Shown here in pieces: positions 1 to 8,173 of a DNA stretch of 26,529 nt. The position numbers and the translations under genes were made by a program. This stretch comes from Fidelibacterota bacterium (GTDB lineage Bacteria > Fidelibacterota > Marinisomatia > Marinisomatales > Marinisomataceae): assembly GCA_018672235.1 (NCBI GenBank), contig JABHGE010000001.1:1-26529 (forward strand). Direction: 5' to 3'. Below the pieces are notes generated by a model that was not told the origin of the DNA, did not search any database, and saw nothing but the letters and a program-made list of their open reading frames with translations. Positions within the stretch are counted from its first letter, which is position 1. Each line of letters begins with the position of its first letter.

Positions 1-510
1 GCGACTCAATCTAGAATTAATAATCTATCTATTATATCAGAAGTTCCATCTTTTAAATTAGATAATTTTGATGGTATTCCATTTACAGAAAAAAAATTAG
101 ATAATAAAATTACTGTAGTTAGTTTTATTTTTACTCAATGCGAAGGTGCATGCCCAATTATGTCAACAAATATGGGATTGTTACAAAAAAGATTTTCAGA
201 TTCAGACATATTGCAGTTTGTATCAATAACAACAGATCCTGACTATGATTCAAGTAATATATTGAAAGAATTTTCTGATAAGTATAGCACTAAAAATAAT
301 TGGTTTTTTCTAAGAGGAGATATTAACGATGTTGTTAAATTGTCCGAAGATGGATTCTTTCTATCGGCTAGCTTATTACCAGTTGGACATTCTACTCGAC
401 TTATCTTAATTGATAAAGACAGAAATATTAGAAAGTACTATGAAGGCACTGTTGATGCTAATATAGTCGAGTTGCAAAATGATATCGTTACCTTAATTAA
501 GCAAGATTAG
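1..510 (+). CDS. SCO1/SenC family copper chaperone (5'-truncated by window edge)
   Basis: Frame 1 is open from base 1 (ATQSRINNLSII...FIFTQCEGACPIM) and runs into the 160..510 ORF. It has the FTxCxxxCP motif, SITTDPDYD and the conserved His in VGHSTRLILID. Adjacent to heme O synthase. Confidence 0.92.
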   Translation, partial: ATQSRINNLSIISEVPSFKLDNFDGIPFTEKKLDNKITVVSFIFTQCEGACPIMSTNMGLLQKRFSDSDILQFVSITTDPDYDSSNILKEFSDKYSTKNNWFFLRGDINDVVKLSEDGFFLSASLLPVGHSTRLILIDKDRNIRKYYEGTVDANIVELQNDIVTLIKQD

Positions 511-511
511 T

Positions 512-1363
512 ATGGTTAAAAATTTAATTGAGCTAACAAAAATCAGAATTGGATTTTTAGTACTAACCACAACAATTATTGGATTTTATCTTGGTGCACA
601 AGGCACATTTTCATCCTCTTTATTATTTTATACTATTATAGGTACTTTATTGTCGTCAACAGGTGGTTCCATCATAAATAATGTTATAGAAATTGATTCA
701 GATAAAAAAATGGATCGAACAAAAAATAGAGTCTTACCCACAAAAAAAATATCTTTTCAATTTGCATTGTTTTTAGGGATGTCATGTATCCTATTAGGCT
801 TATCAACGCTATACTTCAAAGTAAATCCGCTTACTGCATTACTATCTATATTGACTATTGCGTTATATCTATTGGTCTATACGCCTTTAAAAAGAATATC
901 TTGGATAAATACCTCGATTGGAGCTATACCTGGCGCAATACCCCCATTAGGAGGATGGACGGCAGCAACAAATAGTTTAGATTTAGGAGGAATAGCCCTA
1001 TTCTTAATTTTATTTTTTTGGCAACACCCTCATTTTTATGCTATCGCATTTATGTACAAAGAAGACTATGCTAAAGCAGGATTAAAGATGTTACCTGTTA
1101 TAGAAAATGGAGTAAGAAAAACAGTTATACATACTTTTTTACATGCATTAATATTGATTCCAATTTCTACTTTACCATTTTTCTTTGGAGTCTCAGGAAG
1201 GGTGTATTTTGTAGGAGCATACTTATTGAGTAATATTTACATGCTCTGTTGTCTTCCATTCATTTTAGAGCAATCTAGAGAAAATGCTGTTTTAATATTT
1301 AAGACATCAATTTATTATTTTCCATTATTGTTCTTTTTAATATTAGCAGATTTATTTATATAA
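512..1363 (+). CDS. cyoE: Protoheme IX farnesyltransferase (heme O synthase)
   Basis: UbiA-family membrane protein with DxDxKMxRTxNRxLP, YTPLKR, GAIPGAIPPLGGW, FFWQHPHF and EDYAKAG motifs. Confidence 0.95.
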   Translation: MVKNLIELTKIRIGFLVLTTTIIGFYLGAQGTFSSSLLFYTIIGTLLSSTGGSIINNVIEIDSDKKMDRTKNRVLPTKKISFQFALFLGMSCILLGLSTLYFKVNPLTALLSILTIALYLLVYTPLKRISWINTSIGAIPGAIPPLGGWTAATNSLDLGGIALFLILFFWQHPHFYAIAFMYKEDYAKAGLKMLPVIENGVRKTVIHTFLHALILIPISTLPFFFGVSGRVYFVGAYLLSNIYMLCCLPFILEQSRENAVLIFKTSIYYFPLLFFLILADLFI

Positions 1364-1386
1364 GAATTCATAAATATTAAAAATCA

Positions 1387-1833
1387 TTAAGAGTCTAGTT
1401 TTGCAATTCTATTTTGATGTCTACCACCCTCAAACTCTACACTCAGCCATTGCTTAATTAGTTCGATTGCGCGTTCTGATGTAATAAAGCGTGATCCAAG
1501 AGATAAAATATTAGCATTATTATGCAATCTTGATAAGTCTATAATTTCGTCTGGACCATCATAAAATACAGCCGCTCTGACACCTTTAAATCTATTAGCA
1601 GCCATTGCTTCGCCCTGCCCTGATCCTCCAAAAATAATACCCATTATATTATCATTTTCTGATATAAACTTTGCTGCAGGATTAATAAAATCAGGATAAT
1701 CATCAGTAGATTCGTATGTAAATGCACCAAAATCTTTTACTTTATAATTTGATTCTAATAGAAATTTTTTAACAGATTCTTTTAGCTCAAATCCTGCATG
1801 ATCTGTTGCTAATACGATAGTCTTATTAGACAT
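1387..1833 (-). CDS. rpiB: Ribose-5-phosphate isomerase B (RpiB/LacA/LacB family)
   Basis: DHAGFELK, DDYPDF, GGSGQGE, RLHNNANIL and FEGGRH motifs. Start set at ATG 1833 (MSNKT), which overlaps the tkt stop. Confidence 0.93.
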   Translation of the reverse strand: MSNKTIVLATDHAGFELKESVKKFLLESNYKVKDFGAFTYESTDDYPDFINPAAKFISENDNIMGIIFGGSGQGEAMAANRFKGVRAAVFYDGPDEIIDLSRLHNNANILSLGSRFITSERAIELIKQWLSVEFEGGRHQNRIAKLDS

Positions 1834-3790
1834 TAAAATACTCTTCAATCTTATTTTGAATAGCCTCTTTTGTAAAACCAAATTGCATTGCTACATCAAC
1901 ACCTGGAGCAGATAATCCAAAATCATCAATTCCAATCTTCAATCCATTTTGACCAACAAATTTTTCCCATCCTAATGTTACTCCAGCTTCAATTGAAATT
2001 CTTTTTTTACAGTTAAGAGTAAGTATTTCATTTTTATAAGAATCTGATTGTTTTTCAAAGAGTTCCCAACAAGGAATACTAACAATTTTGACACTATGAT
2101 TCATATCTTTTGCAATAGATAGAGCAAGATGTAGTTCTGATCCGGTCGTAAAAATTACTAAATCTGGACTATCAAAATCTTGTACTACATAAGCACCTTT
2201 TTTTACACCTTTTCTAATTATTTTTTTATCTACGGCACTTACAGGAAGTTTCTGTCTGGTTAATAATATTGCACTAGGATTAGTATTCTTTTCCATAATT
2301 GTTTCAAAGCAAAAATGAGTTTCAATAGCATCTGCTGGTCTAAAAACAAGTAAGTTAGGTATTAAGCGTAAAGACATTGCATGTTCAACAGGTTGATGAG
2401 TTGGGCCATCTTCACCTACGAATATTGAATCGTGAGTAAATTCATACATAACATGTAATTTTTGAATAGCAGATAATCGTATTGCAGAACGTACATAGTC
2501 ACTAAACACTAGAAATGTTCCTCCGAATGGAAAAAGGCCTCCATACAAGCTAATACCATTCATAATTGCTCCCATTGGAAACTCTCTAACTCCGAATGGA
2601 ATATTTCTACCTTTTAAATTTGAAGAGGAAAAGTCTCCATGTGTTTTAACAAAATTTGTAGTACAGTTTGATCCATCTAGGTCTGCTGATCCACCTACAA
2701 TAGTAGGAATATGAGTAGAAAATTTATCCAATGACATGCCGAATGCTTTTCTAGTAGCAATCACTTCATTTGGATCAAACTCAACTAATTCTATCTTTTC
2801 TAATGCAGCAGGTATGTCGAATAATATATTATTGATATTGTCATCTGAATTCGAAATTAATTCTTTAATAGAATGAAAATTTCTTTGAAAATATTGTTTT
2901 ATTTCAGCTGGGCAGTAAAAAGATTCATGTTCAGGTAATCCTAATTTTTGTTTGGTCGCAATAATTTCTTCTGGACTGAATGGTGCTCCATGTGATTGAC
3001 TTGTATTTTCGAGCGTAGCGCTTCCTTTAGCAATAGTAGTATTTCCGATGATAATAGTTGGCAGAGAAGATTCTTGTCCATTCTCTATTGCTCTTCTTAT
3101 TTGTTCATGATCATGTCCATCTATTTCTTGTACATTCCAATTCATAGCTTTAAATAAATCTGCATAATTAGTAGAGTCGCAACGAGAAGTTTTTCCAGCT
3201 ATTTGTATATCATTTTTGTCATAGAACATTATTAGCTGAGATAGTTCCCAATGTCCTGCTAGCGTAGCTGCACCAAGAGCTATTGGTTCTTGTAAATCGC
3301 CATCCCCAACTAATACATAAGTATATTGTTTTCTATTTTTTGACAATCTAGCACTAAGCATTCTTTCTGCTAGCGCCATACCCGTTGCCATGCCAACTCC
3401 TTGTCCTAATGGACCTGTGTTTGCATCTACTCCAGGAGTTTCAATCTCAGGATGTCCAGGAGTTCTACTGTCTAGCTGTCGAAATTGTTTCAAATCTTCC
3501 ATTGTTAGAATATCAGAAAGATAAAGCAAGGTATATAACAACATACATGTATGTCCAACAGATAGAACTAATCGATCTCTTAAATCCCAATCTGGATTGG
3601 TTGAATCAAATATGAGATACTCTGAATATAAAATATATGAGAAATCTGCAAGAGACATTGGACCTCCAGGATGTCCAGAATTGGCTTTTCTTACGCCATC
3701 AATCACTAAGCCTTTTATTATACTTACAGTGAATTGATCTTTCTGACCCTTTGTCCAATCATTGAATGTATTGAGCTGCTTATAATTCAT
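1826..3790 (-). CDS. tkt: Transketolase
   Basis: SGHPG, TPGHPE, TGPLGQG, TPP-binding GDGDLQE, FGVREF, THDSIFVGEDGPTHQP and LTRQ motifs. Confidence 0.97.
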   Translation of the reverse strand: MNYKQLNTFNDWTKGQKDQFTVSIIKGLVIDGVRKANSGHPGGPMSLADFSYILYSEYLIFDSTNPDWDLRDRLVLSVGHTCMLLYTLLYLSDILTMEDLKQFRQLDSRTPGHPEIETPGVDANTGPLGQGVGMATGMALAERMLSARLSKNRKQYTYVLVGDGDLQEPIALGAATLAGHWELSQLIMFYDKNDIQIAGKTSRCDSTNYADLFKAMNWNVQEIDGHDHEQIRRAIENGQESSLPTIIIGNTTIAKGSATLENTSQSHGAPFSPEEIIATKQKLGLPEHESFYCPAEIKQYFQRNFHSIKELISNSDDNINNILFDIPAALEKIELVEFDPNEVIATRKAFGMSLDKFSTHIPTIVGGSADLDGSNCTTNFVKTHGDFSSSNLKGRNIPFGVREFPMGAIMNGISLYGGLFPFGGTFLVFSDYVRSAIRLSAIQKLHVMYEFTHDSIFVGEDGPTHQPVEHAMSLRLIPNLLVFRPADAIETHFCFETIMEKNTNPSAILLTRQKLPVSAVDKKIIRKGVKKGAYVVQDFDSPDLVIFTTGSELHLALSIAKDMNHSVKIVSIPCWELFEKQSDSYKNEILTLNCKKRISIEAGVTLGWEKFVGQNGLKIGIDDFGLSAPGVDVAMQFGFTKEAIQNKIEEYFNV

Positions 3791-4470
3791 AAACTGTACA
3801 TCTTATCAATAGTTTCAGTAGGATTTTCCGATTTAAATATTTCAGATCCTGCTACTAATATATCTGCACCTGCATCAATGACTTCTTTAGCATTATGGAG
3901 CTTAATGCCTCCATCAACTTGAATAGCAATTTTATCTCTCAAATTTTTCTCTTTTAATGTTTTATCAATAGAAGAAATTTTTTCTAAAGTAGAAGGTATA
4001 AAACCTTGCCCTCCAAAACCTGGATCAACAGACATAATAACAATATAGTCAATCAAGGATAAATATTTTTCAACTACCTTAAATGGAGTTTTTGGTTTAA
4101 TTGCTATACCGCATCGCAAATTATTTTTTTTAATTGTATTAATAATAATTTTAGGCGGAAAAGTAAATCTCGGCTCTGTTGTTTCTATATGAAAAGAAAT
4201 AGCATCTGCGCCTGCATCAATAAATGCTGGCACCATATCAAATGGATTGCTTACCATTAAATGTACATCAAAAAAAAGATTTGAATGAGGTCGTATTGAC
4301 TTTACTATAGAGGGTCCAAAAGATAAATTAGGAACAAATTGTTGATCCATAATATCTAAATGAAGCCATTCAGCTTTTGAATCACTACATAGGCTTAGTT
4401 CGCTCTTTAGATTAGAAAAATCTGCAGCAAGTAAAGATGGCGCTATGATATGATTGTTATTTTTACCCAT
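3787..4470 (-). CDS. rpe: Ribulose-phosphate 3-epimerase
   Basis: IAPSLLAADF, HLDIMD, DVHLM, MSVDPGFGGQ, VDGGI and VAGS motifs. ATG 4470 preferred over TTG 4482. ATGA overlap with the tkt start. Confidence 0.95.
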   Translation of the reverse strand: MGKNNNHIIAPSLLAADFSNLKSELSLCSDSKAEWLHLDIMDQQFVPNLSFGPSIVKSIRPHSNLFFDVHLMVSNPFDMVPAFIDAGADAISFHIETTEPRFTFPPKIIINTIKKNNLRCGIAIKPKTPFKVVEKYLSLIDYIVIMSVDPGFGGQGFIPSTLEKISSIDKTLKEKNLRDKIAIQVDGGIKLHNAKEVIDAGADILVAGSEIFKSENPTETIDKMYSL

Positions 4471-4521
4471 GATAAGTTGCAAATAAACTACATATTATTT
4501 TTTTCCAAAAAAAAGGAATTG

Positions 4522-4550
4522 TTGAAATAGTTATATGTTTTTTTTATGTT
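4522..4550 (+). promoter_or_regulatory. Putative sigma70-type promoter of the tetR-fad operon
   Basis: TTGAAA (4522-4527), 17-bp spacer, TATGTT (4545-4550). Predicted start site falls inside the palindrome at 4555-4568. Confidence 0.6.
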
Positions 4551-4554
4551 ACAG

Positions 4555-4568
4555 ACCGACTAGTCGGT
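4555..4568. promoter_or_regulatory. Putative TetR operator, perfect palindrome ACCGACTAGTCGGT
   Basis: Perfect 14-bp, relatively GC-rich palindrome in a very AT-rich spacer, between the -10 box and the tetR ATG (4571). Confidence 0.8.
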
Positions 4569-4570
4569 TT

Positions 4571-5170
4571 ATGAAAAAAGAACAACAAAACAATAAAAAA
4601 GATTTAATTATGTCTGCAGCTTTAAAGGTGATGACAAAAAAAGGATATTATGGTAGTACCATGGATGATATTGTTTTAGAGTCAAATATGAGCAAGGGGG
4701 CTATCTATCATTACTATGAATCAAAAAAAGAAATATACTTAGAATTAATTGTGTATTTAGAATCTAAATATACAGATATGTTTGCTACTGTTAACAAAGA
4801 AAGTACTAGTGCTAAAAAATTAAAAAAATTATTTACAATATGGTCAGATCAGCTAGAAAAAGAGCCTGACTTTTTTCAGTCTTTTTCAATTTTTCAATCA
4901 ATGAGTGGACATGATAAAGATTTTAAACAAGCCATGCAGCGCATGTATAGTCGCTTCCAAAAATTTATAGAATTAATAATAATTGAAGGTATTAAAAGTA
5001 AAGAATTTAAAAAAATAAATCCTAAAACTTCCGCTCTTTCATTGATTTTAAATCTTGATGGTATTTCTTGGTTCAGTTTGTTTGAATCAAAAAATTTAGA
5101 TGCAAAAAGTTACATAGATCAAATGTCAGATTATATTTTAAACACTTATATTTCAAAAGAAGGGAAATAA
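4571..5170 (+). CDS. TetR/AcrR family transcriptional regulator
   Basis: N-terminal HTH IMSAALKVMTKKGYYGSTMDDIVLESNMSKGAIYHYYESK. ATG 4571 chosen because the upstream extension overlaps the promoter and operator. Confidence 0.92.
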   Translation: MKKEQQNNKKDLIMSAALKVMTKKGYYGSTMDDIVLESNMSKGAIYHYYESKKEIYLELIVYLESKYTDMFATVNKESTSAKKLKKLFTIWSDQLEKEPDFFQSFSIFQSMSGHDKDFKQAMQRMYSRFQKFIELIIIEGIKSKEFKKINPKTSALSLILNLDGISWFSLFESKNLDAKSYIDQMSDYILNTYISKEGK

Positions 5171-5173
5171 TAA

Positions 5174-7024
5174 ATGTCCGATAAACAACAAAATGATAAT
5201 ACAAATAATTCATCTAAAGATGGAGCAATCGATTTCAGTAAAATCAAAACTGGTGGTAAATTTTTAACAACAGTTGTAGGTACAAATAAAGTATTTTGTA
5301 AGGAAGCTTTTTCAGAAGAAGAGAGAATGATTTATGATGCAATGTCAGATTTTGCAACAAACGAACTTTTACCTCTATCAAAAAATGAATTAAATAAAAA
5401 AGACGAAAAGCTAATAAGAAAATTAGTAGAGCAAATGGGAGAATTAGGATTTCTAGGAGTTGATGTTCCTGAAAAATATGGTGGTTCAGAAATGACTAAA
5501 ACAGGAATGTGTATATTGGCTGAAGGAATTTCTAAGAGTGGAAGTGCTTCTTTCTGTACGGTTTGGAATGTTCAAACATCTATTGGTTCATTGGGAATAA
5601 TATGGTACGGAAATGACGAACAGAAGCAAAGATGGCTTCCTGGTATCAGCTCAGGAGAAAAAATTACTGCATTCGGTTTAACTGAGCCAGAAGCTGGTTC
5701 GGATGCAACAAATTCTAAAACTACGGGTGTTCTTTCAGATGATGGTAAACACTATATACTGAATGGACAAAAAATATTTATTTCAAATGGTGCATGGGCT
5801 GATTTATTTACAATTGCATTAAAAATTGATGGAAAATTCTCTTCAATTGTTGTTGAAAAAGGTACTCCAGGATTCGAAATAGGCAAAGAAGAGAAGAAGA
5901 TGGGAATGGAAGGATCTTCTACTGTTCCTCTGTACTTTACAGATTGTAAGGTACCTGTCGAAAATCTTCTTGGTAAAGTGGGAGAAGGTGCTGGTCCTGC
6001 ATTTTGTGCGCTAAATATTGGAAGATTTAAACTGGGTGCATCATCAATCGGTGGAATGATGTTAGGTATTCAGCAAGCTGTAGACTATGCTAAACAGCGT
6101 AAAGCATTCGGGCAATACATTAGCGACTTTGGATCAATACAGGAAAAGTTAGCTACTTGTACTGTTTTAGCTTATACAACGGATAGTATGTGCTATGCAG
6201 TGATCGGAAATCAAACTGACGCAATTAGTGAGCTAGATAAGGATGATCCTGAATATTATATTAAACAAGGTAATATTACAGAAAGATATATTGCAGAGAA
6301 CTCTATAGTAAAGATATATGGAAGTGAATCTTCTGGTGAATTGATTGATCATTGTTTGCAGGTTTTTGGTGGATATGGTTTTATTGAAGAATATCCGATG
6401 GCTCAAGCTTACAGAGATGCGCGAATTAATAGAATTTGGGAAGGAACAAATGAAATTAATAAGATGCTATGCGGAAGATCGATGATTACAAAAACATTAA
6501 GTGGCGAGCTTGGATTTAGAGAATATCTTGAAAAGGTTAATGGATATTGCAATGAAGGACTTGATAGTGGCTATGAAGGTGATTACAAGGATGAGGTTGA
6601 ATGTATCGAAGCAGCTAAGGCTGTTTATGCTCTAGCTTTAAATGAATCTTTAAGTAGATATGGTCAAGATATTGGAACAGAACAAGTGATAATAGAAAAC
6701 TTAGCTAATATCTTAATCTACTGCTACGTATCTGATTCTACTGTTTCGAGAGTGATGCAAAATAAAGATTTTTACGATAGTAAGGGTGAAGTAGTGCCAG
6801 AGCTTTGTGCTAAGGTTTATACAGCTGAACAAGGTATAAGAGTTATGGAATATGCGAACAAGATTTTTAATAGCATATTTGATAGTGAAATTCCTGCTGA
6901 TATTGAACAAAAACTAGACGTGTTAAAAAAGAGATTATCTTTAAAAACTGATACAATTGGTTTAAAGAAGATAATAGGTGAAAAAGTTGTTGAAGCAGGT
7001 GGTTATCCTGTGAAAAGTTTCTAA
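5174..7024 (+). CDS. fadE: Acyl-CoA dehydrogenase (long, Bacillus FadE-like)
   Basis: FGLTEPEAGSDA, LNGQKIFISN, KMGMEGSST, LNIGR, QVFGGYGF and RINRIWEGTNEI (catalytic Glu), plus a C-terminal extension. Confidence 0.9.
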   Translation: MSDKQQNDNTNNSSKDGAIDFSKIKTGGKFLTTVVGTNKVFCKEAFSEEERMIYDAMSDFATNELLPLSKNELNKKDEKLIRKLVEQMGELGFLGVDVPEKYGGSEMTKTGMCILAEGISKSGSASFCTVWNVQTSIGSLGIIWYGNDEQKQRWLPGISSGEKITAFGLTEPEAGSDATNSKTTGVLSDDGKHYILNGQKIFISNGAWADLFTIALKIDGKFSSIVVEKGTPGFEIGKEEKKMGMEGSSTVPLYFTDCKVPVENLLGKVGEGAGPAFCALNIGRFKLGASSIGGMMLGIQQAVDYAKQRKAFGQYISDFGSIQEKLATCTVLAYTTDSMCYAVIGNQTDAISELDKDDPEYYIKQGNITERYIAENSIVKIYGSESSGELIDHCLQVFGGYGFIEEYPMAQAYRDARINRIWEGTNEINKMLCGRSMITKTLSGELGFREYLEKVNGYCNEGLDSGYEGDYKDEVECIEAAKAVYALALNESLSRYGQDIGTEQVIIENLANILIYCYVSDSTVSRVMQNKDFYDSKGEVVPELCAKVYTAEQGIRVMEYANKIFNSIFDSEIPADIEQKLDVLKKRLSLKTDTIGLKKIIGEKVVEAGGYPVKSF

Positions 7025-7034
7025 GGAGGAAATG

Positions 7035-8168
7035 ATGAGTAATAAAGCAGTGATTGTTGATGGCGTAAGATCGCCTATTGGTACAAAAGGAAGTGCATTA
7101 GTTGGAATGCGACCAGATGAAATTGCTGGGCAAGTTATTAAAGGCCTTTTGGATCGTAATAAAAATTTAGATGTTAACCATATTGAAGATGTTTCATTAG
7201 GATGCGCATTTCCTGAAGGTCCTACTGGAATGTTAGTAGCAAGAGGAGCTGCAATCTTAGCTGGTATTCCAGATACTGCTGCTGCTAATGTTATTAATAG
7301 ATATTGTGGGTCTGCCATGACATCACTACATCTTATAAGTACTGCAATTGAATCAGGCGATATCCAAGTAGGTATTGCAGGTGGGGTAGAAGACATGTTT
7401 AGTATTCCTCAGGGAGGTTTTGCTCCTGATTTTAATGTTCAGTTAGCAGAAGATGACTATTATATCTCTATGGGAGAAGGGGCTGAGTTGTTAGCTGATA
7501 AACTAGATATTTCAAGGCAAGAACAAGAAGAGTTTGCTTATAGTTCACACAATAAAGCAATTGCTGCTCAAAAAGATGGAAAATTTGATAATGAAATTAT
7601 TCCAATTACACTTGAAGATGGATCGGTTTTTGATAAGGATAGTGGACCTAGGATACCTAATAAAGAAAAAATTGAATCTTTAAATGCTGCATTTAAAGTT
7701 GATGGAACTGTTACTGCTGCTACAAGTAGTCCATTTTCTATTGGTGCATCTGCTATGCTTATAACTAGCGAAGCATACGCAAAAGAGCATGGACTTAAGA
7801 TTAGAGCTTATATTGAAGGTAGAGCGGTAGCGGGAGTTAATTGGAGAATGTTTGGATCAGGTCCAGTTCCAGCTACAGCTAAGGCTTTAAAAAATACAGG
7901 ATTATCAATAGATGATATTGATGTTATGGAAATTAATGAAGCATTCGCCGCACAAGCTCTTTATTGTGTCAAGGAAGCAAATTGGGATTTAGATAAAGTG
8001 AATATGAATGGTGGCGCTGTTGCTTTAGGTCATCCTCTTGGAATCTCAGGTACAAGAATTATCACTACACTTCTGAATGTACTTGAACAACAAGATAAAT
8101 CTGTTGGACTTGCAACTATGTGTGTAGGTACAGGACAGGGAATCACAACAATTATTAAAAGAGGATAA
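7035..8168 (+). CDS. fadA: Acetyl-CoA C-acyltransferase (thiolase)
   Basis: INRYCGS catalytic Cys, NEAFA, GHPLG and MCVGTGQG. SD AAGGAGG at 7023-7029 favours ATG 7035 (alternative 7032). Confidence 0.93.
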   Translation: MSNKAVIVDGVRSPIGTKGSALVGMRPDEIAGQVIKGLLDRNKNLDVNHIEDVSLGCAFPEGPTGMLVARGAAILAGIPDTAAANVINRYCGSAMTSLHLISTAIESGDIQVGIAGGVEDMFSIPQGGFAPDFNVQLAEDDYYISMGEGAELLADKLDISRQEQEEFAYSSHNKAIAAQKDGKFDNEIIPITLEDGSVFDKDSGPRIPNKEKIESLNAAFKVDGTVTAATSSPFSIGASAMLITSEAYAKEHGLKIRAYIEGRAVAGVNWRMFGSGPVPATAKALKNTGLSIDDIDVMEINEAFAAQALYCVKEANWDLDKVNMNGGAVALGHPLGISGTRIITTLLNVLEQQDKSVGLATMCVGTGQGITTIIKRG

Positions 8169-8173
8169 AACCG

